Virus record (IMG/VR): IMGVR_UViG_3300005805_000073 | Coordinates: 1 to 64,000 of that record | Strand: one strand, 5' to 3' | DNA from: a virus | Lineage: Duplodnaviria > Caudoviricetes | Length of the DNA stretch: 64,000 nucleotides | Part shown: positions 9,904-19,986 of the stretch, one piece after another | How positions within the stretch are numbered: position 1 is the first letter of the stretch | Layout: each line of letters opens with the position of its first letter | The notes under the pieces: model-generated | The model's database searches: none | What the model saw: only the letters and a program-made list of their open reading frames with translations | Told to the model about the DNA's origin: nothing | Program-made: the position numbers and the translations under genes

Positions 9904-12900
9904 TTATAAGATTGGCCAAAGTCTTTCTGATAGTACAGGTGTTCCAATTAAATTACCCGTGGCAGGGTCAATTTCCTGTCTTATGTATGAATATCTGGCA
10001 CCGTTTCCATTATTTGTCCATAATGTAATGTCAAACTTGTAATATTTATTGTTGATTGTATCATGCATTACAAGCTCAGTTGCTACAGCGTAATTACCTA
10101 CTTGGTTATTCAAGGCGTAATTAAATGTTCCATATGTTCTTGTTGCGACATTTGATAGTTCACTCCAACCATAATTCACAGGGTCAATATATTGAGAATT
10201 CCATTCGGTTCCTAACGGAGAAACTTGCCAATCATTTCCACTTTCTAATGATGCATTATACAATACACCATATGTTTCGCGTGTCAAAGATAGGTCAGTG
10301 TCAACAATATCAAACACTTGGGGACCTGGTGGTTGTGTTGTTGTGGTAGTAATTGGCCCCGAAGTTGTGGTAGTAGTTGGCCCCGAAGTTGTTGTTGTAG
10401 TTGTGGTGGTTGGAGGAGAAAAACGTGAGAACATCTGAGCTCGGAAATTCTTAGCCTGTTCCGTAGTTAATGCAGTCGTAAAAATGGCCACTTCAAGTAT
10501 TGTGATTGATGCATATCCATCAGAACCATTGACTTCTTTTCTACGTCCTAAATATATCTGTGAACCTGCGTTCCAACGGAATCGGCTTATATATGATCCT
10601 GCATACACAGTTAATGCGATTCCTTGATTATCATAATCATAATACGTTACAGGTAGGAATGTATTGGTGAAATCCATCCATAATGTATGTGTAGGATATC
10701 CTGCGTTTAATGCTGCATATGTGTAAGCGCCTCCCTCAGTAGTCAGGTTTTCCACTGTGTATAGATTGCCGTTTTGTGGGTTGAACGCAATTTCATGAAT
10801 ATTGGATTGTGTTCCTCCCATGATGGCGCCATGGTCTAACGAATCGTAGTTGCTGAAACGAATGAATACATGCTTGGCATCAATATTTGTAGGAAGAACT
10901 GTTGATATACCATATTCACCTGAATTGTCATTAAACGTAACACCGTTAACTCCTGCACTTTCCACACCTGATGGGAATGTGAAGTTTATTCCTCCGTTTG
11001 CAGCCACCCATTCCGAACTGTTCAATCCACTATCTGCTCTCCACCAGTATTCAGGTGTGATAGGAGCAATAGTTGTAGTTGTAGTTGGTGCTGCTGTTGT
11101 AGTTGGTGCTGCTGTTGTAGTTGTAGTTGTAGTTGTAGTTGTGGTTCGTGTAATGTCCGTATTTTGTGTAACTGTGCCGCCATAACCAATATCCACATAT
11201 CCATTTACAGCATAATCGTCAACACCAACAGAGATGGCGTCTGTGAACAATCCATTTTCATCAATGAAGAATTTGTCTACATCCCTTGCCAATGTTTCTG
11301 TGATAACTGGGGCATCAGACAGAACATAATCAATTTCTAGAACTACAGGATCATCTGTCAGAGCTACACTATCAGTGTATACAGGTAAAATAGTTACTAC
11401 ACTTTCATCAGCAATAGACAGGTCTTCTGCCAAATCACTTGTGGCATCATTTTGTTGGTCAAATGTTCGAATCGCTGTGTCTGTGACAGTGATACTATCA
11501 GCAAAATATATTTCCGTATCAATTTGTGTGATTGTATCAACAGTATTTACCGTTTCTGATTTATTTAGTGTGGATTCTTTTGTCGTTAAATTATCATCTG
11601 CGGCAATGTAATCTTCTGTGGTTCTATACAACCATTTTGTTGATTCATCTGATGTTACAACAGTATCATCTAATACAACCGTTGATACAATAACTTCTTC
11701 AATGAAAGTTACTTGATTTTCATTTACATAATCTTCATCAAAATATGTGCCGCTTGAATATGTATTTACAACATCAATTACCAAATCAATATTTTTAGTT
11801 GAAGAATCTGATAATGTAAAACTATCTGTAATATTATTTTTCTCAAATAGAATTGCAGGTTCATCATTTAACTCAACATCATCATCTAATGAAAATGATA
11901 CTTCTTTGGCCAAAACATCATTTGTTATAAATGAATCAGATAAATCTATACCATAATTAAATACACTATCTAATGATTCATTTACTTCAACTAAGTCAGT
12001 AACATTTAACAATGATACATCTTTTGTAAGATTATCAGCTGTATTAAAGGTGTCACCTAAAACATTTTCTATTTCAAATGCCAATGTGTCATTTGTAATA
12101 ACAGGTGTATCCAATACTTTATCTACAGTAATTTCAAATGTCACATCAGCAACATAATCTTCAGCAAAGAACCCTGATGAATAAGATTCTTGACCCTCAT
12201 CAGTTGCAGTAAATGTATCATCAAATGTTCTAACAATAGTAATTTCAGATTCAGCTGAATCACTGAATATGATGGAATCTGTCACACCAAATAATGTGAC
12301 TTCCTTAATAGTTTGTTCATTAGTCAAGATGGAATCAGCAAACACAGGCTCCACATTTAATGCAACACTATCTACAGTGTCAACTGTGATTACATCCAAT
12401 ACCTTGTTGAAATCATAGACAAATGTTTCTCCATCCGTATATATTTCTGCAAAGTAATCGGGTGCATAAGATTGTGAAGCATACACAGTATCATCAACAG
12501 GTTTTCCAACATTCTTGGCAACACTATCAACAGGTTGAACACCATCAATGAAGTTTTGAACGTAGTATTGTGTGCTTTCAATTGTGATGGGTTCAAAGTT
12601 AATGGCATCTTCAACTAACAATTCACCGAATACAATAAATCCAGCTGGGTGGGCACTATTTTTGTATAGATTATTCCATGTTTCATATGGGGTATTTTTT
12701 GTTTGTACCACATATGAATATGGTTGATAATAGTAATTATCTTGTAGCTTATTGATGTCTGATAGGAAACCTGCATTGTTCTTCCAGGCGCCTGGATGTT
12801 CATAGATGTAACCTACTTGGAAACGAATGCGTGCTGCTGTGATGTTATAGGTATCAACATTGAAATCCGTATATCCTGTGTCATCATTGGTTTCCATGTA

Positions 12901-14088
12901 TCTGGAATCACCGCTGTATTCTTGGAAATAATCTCCTGTAACCAACGTGGCATATTCATTACCGCGTGGGTTATCAAATACACGGTCAAAGTCCTTATAT
13001 GTGGTATAATCATTGCTTTCATCATATGCCTCAGCAAAATAATCACCTGTGATATCAAATCTATGTCCAGTTGAAATGAATCGTAATGAGTTGATGATAC
13101 CACTGAAAGCATCACTTATGGCATATTCTGAGCCTGGAGTCACATAGTCGGTTGCAAAATATTCTTCGGCATCTTTTGATGTTGTTCCTGCCACACGAAC
13201 TATACCGTTATTATTTTCTTGACCAGGAATAGGATATAAAGCTGATTCTGATACTTCAACAGTAAAGGTGTCACGACGACGGAAGTTTTCACCTCCGTAC
13301 AGCACTTCATATCCTATGAGTTGTTGTGTCAAAAATCCATATACGTATTCTACGCCATTATCAAATGCTGTCACCCAAACGGTATCATAATATGGCAAGG
13401 TAGACAATGCCGTGTTCACATCATCAATACGTGTGGCTTTTGGAATATCAATTTCAAGTTTATAGATATCTTGATTTGTAATGATTTGACTGGTGTTTAC
13501 GCAACCAAATTCAAGACTATACAAATTTAATCCTGTTTCTTCTCGACGATGATACTTCAAATAGATGGTTTTCTCCTTTAGAGAAAATACATCAGATGGT
13601 TCAGCTCGTAGTGTAGCTGGTGCTAACGCCAGAGAACTAGGATCTATCTGTGTGTAGTCAGTATCAATCTTGATGGTTTTCTTTGATTCCCAAATACCAT
13701 CTGAGGCACGAAGTACATAATCACCTGGGTACTTAATGGTGACGGTATCATTATACATCATGCGGAAGAATAATTCCGCAGCATTTTCTGTACCCTTGGA
13801 TTCGTAATATTGATTGATGAACTTAATTAATCTACGTTGTTCAACCAAGGCTTCAGGAGAAATATCGTAAGCATATTGCTTACGCATTTCCTCCACAAAC
13901 AAATCCAATGTTAAGTCAACATCTGTCCACTTGCTAGAATTTAAAAGAACACCATTAACCTGACGATTTTCGTCAAGAAATGTATAGTACTCTTTTAAAA
14001 ATGAAGCAAATTTTGGGTATGACTCCCGAAGATAATCGGGAATCTGTCCTTCAATAAGATGCTGTAACTTATTTTTTAAAGTAGACAT
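9904..14088 (-). CDS. gp7: Baseplate wedge initiator gp7-like, with long C-terminal extension
   Basis: QIPDYLRE.YP.F..FL.EYY, YYESKGT...LFFRM.Y, LRASDG.W, LQDNYYYQPYSY and HPAG motifs; follows gp6. Confidence 0.8.
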   Translation of the reverse strand: MSTLKNKLQHLIEGQIPDYLRESYPKFASFLKEYYTFLDENRQVNGVLLNSSKWTDVDLTLDLFVEEMRKQYAYDISPEALVEQRRLIKFINQYYESKGTENAAELFFRMMYNDTVTIKYPGDYVLRASDGIWESKKTIKIDTDYTQIDPSSLALAPATLRAEPSDVFSLKEKTIYLKYHRREETGLNLYSLEFGCVNTSQIITNQDIYKLEIDIPKATRIDDVNTALSTLPYYDTVWVTAFDNGVEYVYGFLTQQLIGYEVLYGGENFRRRDTFTVEVSESALYPIPGQENNNGIVRVAGTTSKDAEEYFATDYVTPGSEYAISDAFSGIINSLRFISTGHRFDITGDYFAEAYDESNDYTTYKDFDRVFDNPRGNEYATLVTGDYFQEYSGDSRYMETNDDTGYTDFNVDTYNITAARIRFQVGYIYEHPGAWKNNAGFLSDINKLQDNYYYQPYSYVVQTKNTPYETWNNLYKNSAHPAGFIVFGELLVEDAINFEPITIESTQYYVQNFIDGVQPVDSVAKNVGKPVDDTVYASQSYAPDYFAEIYTDGETFVYDFNKVLDVITVDTVDSVALNVEPVFADSILTNEQTIKEVTLFGVTDSIIFSDSAESEITIVRTFDDTFTATDEGQESYSSGFFAEDYVADVTFEITVDKVLDTPVITNDTLAFEIENVLGDTFNTADNLTKDVSLLNVTDLVEVNESLDSVFNYGIDLSDSFITNDVLAKEVSFSLDDDVELNDEPAILFEKNNITDSFTLSDSSTKNIDLVIDVVNTYSSGTYFDEDYVNENQVTFIEEVIVSTVVLDDTVVTSDESTKWLYRTTEDYIAADDNLTTKESTLNKSETVNTVDTITQIDTEIYFADSITVTDTAIRTFDQQNDATSDLAEDLSIADESVVTILPVYTDSVALTDDPVVLEIDYVLSDAPVITETLARDVDKFFIDENGLFTDAISVGVDDYAVNGYVDIGYGGTVTQNTDITRTTTTTTTTTTTAAPTTTAAPTTTTTIAPITPEYWWRADSGLNSSEWVAANGGINFTFPSGVESAGVNGVTFNDNSGEYGISTVLPTNIDAKHVFIRFSNYDSLDHGAIMGGTQSNIHEIAFNPQNGNLYTVENLTTEGGAYTYAALNAGYPTHTLWMDFTNTFLPVTYYDYDNQGIALTVYAGSYISRFRWNAGSQIYLGRRKEVNGSDGYASITILEVAIFTTALTTEQAKNFRAQMFSRFSPPTTTTTTTTSGPTTTTTSGPITTTTTQPPGPQVFDIVDTDLSLTRETYGVLYNASLESGNDWQVSPLGTEWNSQYIDPVNYGWSELSNVATRTYGTFNYALNNQVGNYAVATELVMHDTINNKYYKFDITLWTNNGNGARYSYIRQEIDPATGNLIGTPVLSERLWPIL
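10330..10412. repeat. Thr/Pro-rich tandem repeat (TTTTTSGP-like units) in gp7
   Basis: Repeated gttgtggtagt/ggccccgaagttgt units. Confidence 0.85.
11069..11145. repeat. Thr/Ala/Pro tandem repeat (gtagtt and gtagttggtgctgctgtt units) in gp7
   Basis: Directly visible; encodes TTTTTTTTTTTTAAPTTTAAPTTTTT. Confidence 0.9.
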
Positions 14089-15956
14089 TATCCATCAATA
14101 GGTTGAGCAGTTACAGTTAATCCTGAAAGTGTTCCTATGTTTCTGTTCTGTTCACTATCATCAAGAATAACAACAATGTTTTGTGATGGATAAGGATACA
14201 CAGCCTGTGACAGTGTAGGTGTGGTGCGTATAATTGTAGGAGATAAATTTTTACTTAAATCTTGTGGTAAAGCATTGAAGCGAACATCAGATGTTCCTGA
14301 AAGTAACCCTATTATGAATAATTTCGACAATTTAAACAATCCTGAACCACCATAGTTAATAGTACCGTAGTTCTCATCAATAATGGTACCATCTAATGTA
14401 TTGATAAGTTTTAATGTACCTGTACCTGTACGTGATGGTGGGAAGACATCAGGATAATCACGAACATATGCAGTGTATTCAACACCATTCACTTTTGTTA
14501 TGAAATTTGTACTTGTGAAGGAGTTAGGTTCAATGGCAGTTGTAAAATATAAATCTATTGCTTCTTGAACGTTTAAAATAGGAATGATGCGTCGTTGTAA
14601 ACGTAGGTCAATCAATGTACCTACAATGGCACGCTGTGATGTTTGAATTCTATTTACTAATTGTGCATAGTAAAAATTTTTATCAAGTGTAGACAATTCA
14701 CTTGTAAAGTATCTACGAATTTCTCCTGCCACTAAACTTGCAACCTGTGTGTTACTGTAACGAGTAATTTTCTTATCATAAGTTACCTTTACATTCATAC
14801 CTACATGAAGGTACACAGGATCAACAAATTCATGTTGCAATGAAAGTACACTTCGTGGACGAATAACATTATTTAATAGATAATTTTTATCTGAATCTGT
14901 GACAATATAATCATCGTTAGGATCAATAGAAATGAATACTTTGCCATAAATTGGTGGAACATTTTGTTCTCCGCCCCACACGGCAACTGATTTTGCCTTG
15001 TCAAAGTTTGACATAATCAATGACTTATAATCATCCACAGTCACAGCTCTGCCACGTGTGGCATTATACCGAGGGGCATTGAAACGAATACTGTCAATGT
15101 TTTCTCTGTCAGATCCTCCTGAAGCAGCATATACCAAAGAGGTAACTAAAGTACCCCCTAAAGAGAACTGAGCAGAAAATGACGCGGCACCATTTGAAAG
15201 AGCGCCTTTCGATGCAACATATGTTATGTTAATAATGTTACCTACGGTTAAACTTTTTCCAATGACGTTATCACCGAAAAATAGTTTGTAATATCCATCT
15301 GTACCTTCTTCTACCCAGTAAACTTTATCAGTTGGAGTTACATCAATAACCGTTTCAGAACGCTTCCAAGAAGATGTTGTTAAGTCTGAGGTACTATTTT
15401 GTACTACAACATCTAAAGTTGATAGGTCGATGTTGTTATTTCGAATGGTAATAGGACCTGTAATTTGGTCTGATGCTATAGTTTGTTCTTGTGTGATGAC
15501 AGCACCTTCACATAAGTCCACATTGGTAAACGTGAAAGTACCTGCCACCTTATTAGCAGAATGTTCGTCTAAAGAAATGAAACTATAAGATTGATTATTT
15601 ACTGTGGTGTTAAATTTTGAATATTTAGGAATCGTTAAAGGACCTGCAGCAGAACTAGTCACAACAACATTGACCCGAGCTCGTGCAGATATAACAGAAC
15701 GAGGAGTGTATCCTAATGTTTTTGCAATTGATACAACGGATGAACGTTTAATAGCAGTATCAATGAACATTTCATTGGCTTGTAAATGTGCCAATAATGC
15801 ATTGTAATGTGTATTATATGCCAACACATCTAATAGATTATTGATACCAGAACCTTCAAAATTATAATCTGAAAATTGTTCAGATGCTCCAAGATAATTT
15901 TTTAAATTATCTTTAATTTGTGAAAATTCTAGTTCGGTAATTCGTAGTTCTGCCAT
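14088..15956 (-). CDS. gp6: Baseplate wedge subunit gp6
   Basis: ELEFSQIKDNLKNYL...DYNFEGS...LAYNTHYNA and RAVTVDDY...WGGE...YGKVFI motifs. Confidence 0.95.
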   Translation of the reverse strand: MAELRITELEFSQIKDNLKNYLGASEQFSDYNFEGSGINNLLDVLAYNTHYNALLAHLQANEMFIDTAIKRSSVVSIAKTLGYTPRSVISARARVNVVVTSSAAGPLTIPKYSKFNTTVNNQSYSFISLDEHSANKVAGTFTFTNVDLCEGAVITQEQTIASDQITGPITIRNNNIDLSTLDVVVQNSTSDLTTSSWKRSETVIDVTPTDKVYWVEEGTDGYYKLFFGDNVIGKSLTVGNIINITYVASKGALSNGAASFSAQFSLGGTLVTSLVYAASGGSDRENIDSIRFNAPRYNATRGRAVTVDDYKSLIMSNFDKAKSVAVWGGEQNVPPIYGKVFISIDPNDDYIVTDSDKNYLLNNVIRPRSVLSLQHEFVDPVYLHVGMNVKVTYDKKITRYSNTQVASLVAGEIRRYFTSELSTLDKNFYYAQLVNRIQTSQRAIVGTLIDLRLQRRIIPILNVQEAIDLYFTTAIEPNSFTSTNFITKVNGVEYTAYVRDYPDVFPPSRTGTGTLKLINTLDGTIIDENYGTINYGGSGLFKLSKLFIIGLLSGTSDVRFNALPQDLSKNLSPTIIRTTPTLSQAVYPYPSQNIVVILDDSEQNRNIGTLSGLTVTAQPIDG

Positions 15957-16345
15957 TAGCGAAGTCTCTGTAAGGTTAAGTTAAATGTAACAGGTTCTAA
16001 AATTCCTACGACATAGAAATAAAGAATGACATCATACGAATTGCTATCATACTGAGGATTGATTTCAACATCCTGAAGGGTAACTCGAGGTTCGTATTTC
16101 TTGATAACTTCTTTGATAATGTCTCTCATCAAATCAACTGTGAGAAAATCCATAGGTTCAAACAATACTTTATGTAGGTCTGAACCTATTTCTGGACGAA
16201 ATGGTTTTTCTCCCTTGCGTATGAACAAGAGATTTTTCAACGATTGTTTCACAGCATTGACATCCACACGCTTTGCAACATCCTTCGTTGCTGTTTGTCC
16301 AAATGTCAAGTCTAAATCTAAATAGAGGCGATTTGGTTTGGTCAT
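15956..16345 (-). CDS. gp25: Baseplate wedge subunit gp25
   Basis: YLDLDLTF...AVKQSLKNL...GEKPF.P..G...YEPRV motif. Confidence 0.95.
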   Translation of the reverse strand: MTKPNRLYLDLDLTFGQTATKDVAKRVDVNAVKQSLKNLLFIRKGEKPFRPEIGSDLHKVLFEPMDFLTVDLMRDIIKEVIKKYEPRVTLQDVEINPQYDSNSYDVILYFYVVGILEPVTFNLTLQRLR

Positions 16346-16350
16346 GACAT

Positions 16351-16358
16351 TATTTATA
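16351..16358 (-). promoter_or_regulatory. T4-type late promoter TATAAATA
   Basis: Exact consensus a few nt upstream of the gp25 start. Confidence 0.8.
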
Positions 16359-16362
16359 TGGT

Positions 16363-19300
16363 TTATAACTTATTCTGTGTCGCCACATATTTCAAAGCAC
16401 CCCAGTGGTCAATGTTTCGAGGTGTTTCTGAGGCCCCAGCAATACCTCGTCCACGTTCCGCAGAAGGTCCTACTGTGACGTTTCGTGCAGGAACTCCGCG
16501 TTGTATTGCACTCTCTACAATGGTTTTTACACGTGCAGATGCGGCGTATGGTTCAATAATATACACTTTATTCTTATCTGCCAAGTTTTCAGTTGCAACT
16601 AAATCATATGATTTGGCGCATCCTGCACTGAAGCAGAAGATTGGAATCTTGGGATTTTGACGCATAAATGTGATGATTTCTACAGTTGGGGTATTGTATC
16701 TGAATCCCTTCACTTTGGCATTTACACCAAATCCTGTCTTGAACAACTTCACTTGTGCTTCTAAATCAAGGTCTCCTGGTCTGTTATCCAATCCTGCAAC
16801 AAGGATGGCATCCCATTCCGACTTATTTTCAGCTGCCGGTTCTTCTGTTGCTGGGGCGGCGGCAGGAAGGAGATTCACAAGATTCTTAGGATCATGCACA
16901 GTAGCACCCTTCATGGTCAATGTTTCCATACGAATTTTTGAACCTTCACGTCCTCCTTCTAACTTCACACCTTGTTGTTGCCATTGAATATGAACCCAAG
17001 GTTTATATGTTGTTTGTCCGTTCACTTCACCCAATTGATATTCCAAATGTAGCCGGTCATATTGCAATGCCTGTTTCAATTGTACAGCAACATCATAATA
17101 TTCTGAGAATTGTTTATTTGGGAATGTGATGTCAATTGCCAATCCTAATTCATGAAATGATGCTACAGTTGGTGTGTTCAATGCACCTGTTACAACAGAT
17201 GAATTCTGTAATCCGATTATGATATTGACATTGTTCTTACCCAGTTTTTCAAACAAGGGTTCAATCACATTAGTAGCCAATTGTTTCATGTTACAAACAA
17301 TATCTTCTTCTTTCAACCCATGTTGTGCACGAAGTGTGGCGCCAGTCAACAACATACCCAGTGTAACGTTAGGAGATAAATCCAGGGTTGTTGGGAATGT
17401 TGTAACACCATTCAATGTTTCACAAGATGCCACCTTAGGTGGTTCAGCAGCAGGTGCGGGTGTCTCATCACGCGCACCTTCAGTGAGAGGCCTATTTAAA
17501 TCTTCAGATGTTACCACACCTTCATTGACTGCCTTTGATTTCACTGCATTAATGGCATCACGATTTTGGTCAGGATTTTCTGCCAAAGATGATAATGTAG
17601 ATGACATTTTATCTACACGACCTTCTAATGTTAACGGAGGTAACACAGGTTCTTGAGGAGATTTCAATCCTACAGGATCTCCCACATTAGCACCCCCTGC
17701 TGTTTGTGCTCGATTTGCCTGTGCCAAAGCCGCTGCGGCACCACCTGGTTGAGGTAGTAAACCTAATCCTGTGCCATTCACCACAACTGTTCCTGCCCCT
17801 GCTAAAAGTAATGCTTGCCCTGCAGGAGAAGCTAGGGATGCTTTCTTTTCTCCTGAGAGGCGAAGTACGCCATTTGCTTTAATGTTAACATTATCTCCCG
17901 TCATGCTTGCTGTTTGTGCTGACTTGATGTTAATATTTCTTTGCGCTGTGGCATTAATGAATTCTTTAGCTTTGAAATTTATACTTCCTCCAGCCGTGAC
18001 ATTGAAATCTTTTGCCACACTGAAGTTTACAGATTTATGGACATCAGCGTTTAGATTACCATCAACTTGTAAGTTACAATCTGTTTTAACATAGATGTTA
18101 CAGTTTCCTTCCACAGTAATATTTGCACGACCTCCAATGTAAATATTACCATGACGTTCATAAATTTCATATCCATCACCTACAATTTTACGAATCATGC
18201 TACCATTACGGTCAATTTCCATGAAGGTACCTTCACGATGATACCAATGTAAACGTTCATTGTTTGGTGTATCATCTTCCTCAATAACGTGTCCTGATTC
18301 TGATTCTCTTACATGATTATATGGATATCGTGCATTATAAGGTGAACGAGGTTGGTCCCAAGCAGGTTCTCCTCGTGCAACAGGAATTTTTGTGATACGT
18401 TCCTTGTCTTTTGCTCCTACAATGGTATCTTGAATTTTTTGATTTCGTGCTAAACGATTTGTATCAGGTTCTCCAATACGATTTACACGAGGATATACTC
18501 TATTAGGGTCATAAAATCCTTGATTGTCGGGAACTTCACGTAATGCAGCATTGGTAGGTTGTGCTTCAACATTAGTAAAATCACCATATCTACGTGTTGT
18601 GTTCGGACCGCCGGATGTAGCAGGAGGCTCAGGATCAGGTACGGATTCTGCTGCTTTATCAATGTCAGCTGCAGACAAAACAGATTCTCCTGCTGCCGCC
18701 TTTTCTGCAATACCAACAGCAGGACCTTCAATGACAACAAGACCTGTTCCTTCTACGGTTTCACCTAAATCTGTAGTTTCGGTTGTATCTTTAATTTCTC
18801 GTTCAGCAATTTTGCTTGCAATGGCTTTAAATCCACGTTTAAAGATATCTTGTACTTTTCGTCCTATGATACTAGCAAACTGTCCGCCTAAACCAAATGC
18901 ACGCGCAGCTCTTTCACCTACTAAACGAGCTGCCAACATATGTCCTAAAATTTGTGCCTTGTTAGTAATAGCATTTTGTAGGAAGTAGGCAAATGTTGTT
19001 TTCCATTGACGAAGTGCATGACGATACATCAACAATCGTTGAATTTTTTGTAAGGTTAGAAAATTCTTAGGACCAATAAGTTTTTCTAACCAATATTGTC
19101 TATTTGCCAATACATACCAACTTAATGATGAACGTAGTACATATGGGATATTTCCATAAATGGCGGCTGTGATGACACCTGCCAATACAGCTTGATAGGC
19201 ATAATCTTCACGTTCATTAGAAGGTATGGCTTGCCATGAGGTTACAGCAGTTTGACTTACAACACCTATTTCCACAAGGTCTGAAACTGTTAAACCATAT

Positions 19301-19983
19301 AACCCTATTTTTCCATTTTCATCTACTGTATCAAGACCATGAGGTATACCCTGTGCCTCACGTTCTCTCCGAATTTCATCCTCAAGAAGTATGGCAAATA
19401 TTTCCACCTCGTCAGGATTTAACGGTCCAATGTGTCCTTCAGGACTCTTTTCAGGTGCAAGAACTCTTTTATTTGGAGTAGGTGCTTCAATTAATGACCC
19501 TTCTCTATCAAGAACGATGTTGCCTTCAGCGGTAGTTAATAAGGTTAGTTCCTGAGCCGGGATATCTTCAAAATTTTCATATTGCGCAGCAGCACTTAAA
19601 TCATCGGGAGTAATAAGAAAAGGATTTGTTGAATTAGAAGTTTCTAATAATTGAGGTAAGGCTGATAATGCATTAATAGTATTTGTAGCTGAGTCAAGGG
19701 ATTTTTTAACAGCAGAAGATGTTTGTGCAACAGTATTTAATAATGGATCTGTTGTACCATCAGCATTGACATCACCTACTAATCCTCGAGCCTCGGCAAT
19801 TTCTTGAACAATTTGATTGACAATAGCAGGTGTTAGAAACGCTAACGTACTAAAAGAACCCTCATTATCAATAATATTTTTTAAGGTAGGGGATATAGTC
19901 ATCAAGGTTTCAATACTATAATCTCCTTCCTTAGGAAATTGTCTTTGTATTTCATTAATAATAACTCGTTTTGTCGATGCCAT
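16363..19983 (-). CDS. gp5 C-terminal-part homolog (spike beta-helix region) fused to M15-type peptidase and other domains
   Basis: YPYNHVRESESGHVIEEDDTP..ERLH.YHR.GTF.EI is a gp5 hallmark; downstream LSPN.TLG.L...SFHELGLAID...WVHI resembles peptidase M15_3. Confidence 0.85.
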   Translation of the reverse strand: MASTKRVIINEIQRQFPKEGDYSIETLMTISPTLKNIIDNEGSFSTLAFLTPAIVNQIVQEIAEARGLVGDVNADGTTDPLLNTVAQTSSAVKKSLDSATNTINALSALPQLLETSNSTNPFLITPDDLSAAAQYENFEDIPAQELTLLTTAEGNIVLDREGSLIEAPTPNKRVLAPEKSPEGHIGPLNPDEVEIFAILLEDEIRREREAQGIPHGLDTVDENGKIGLYGLTVSDLVEIGVVSQTAVTSWQAIPSNEREDYAYQAVLAGVITAAIYGNIPYVLRSSLSWYVLANRQYWLEKLIGPKNFLTLQKIQRLLMYRHALRQWKTTFAYFLQNAITNKAQILGHMLAARLVGERAARAFGLGGQFASIIGRKVQDIFKRGFKAIASKIAEREIKDTTETTDLGETVEGTGLVVIEGPAVGIAEKAAAGESVLSAADIDKAAESVPDPEPPATSGGPNTTRRYGDFTNVEAQPTNAALREVPDNQGFYDPNRVYPRVNRIGEPDTNRLARNQKIQDTIVGAKDKERITKIPVARGEPAWDQPRSPYNARYPYNHVRESESGHVIEEDDTPNNERLHWYHREGTFMEIDRNGSMIRKIVGDGYEIYERHGNIYIGGRANITVEGNCNIYVKTDCNLQVDGNLNADVHKSVNFSVAKDFNVTAGGSINFKAKEFINATAQRNINIKSAQTASMTGDNVNIKANGVLRLSGEKKASLASPAGQALLLAGAGTVVVNGTGLGLLPQPGGAAAALAQANRAQTAGGANVGDPVGLKSPQEPVLPPLTLEGRVDKMSSTLSSLAENPDQNRDAINAVKSKAVNEGVVTSEDLNRPLTEGARDETPAPAAEPPKVASCETLNGVTTFPTTLDLSPNVTLGMLLTGATLRAQHGLKEEDIVCNMKQLATNVIEPLFEKLGKNNVNIIIGLQNSSVVTGALNTPTVASFHELGLAIDITFPNKQFSEYYDVAVQLKQALQYDRLHLEYQLGEVNGQTTYKPWVHIQWQQQGVKLEGGREGSKIRMETLTMKGATVHDPKNLVNLLPAAAPATEEPAAENKSEWDAILVAGLDNRPGDLDLEAQVKLFKTGFGVNAKVKGFRYNTPTVEIITFMRQNPKIPIFCFSAGCAKSYDLVATENLADKNKVYIIEPYAASARVKTIVESAIQRGVPARNVTVGPSAERGRGIAGASETPRNIDHWGALKYVATQNKL

Positions 19984-19986
19984 AAT

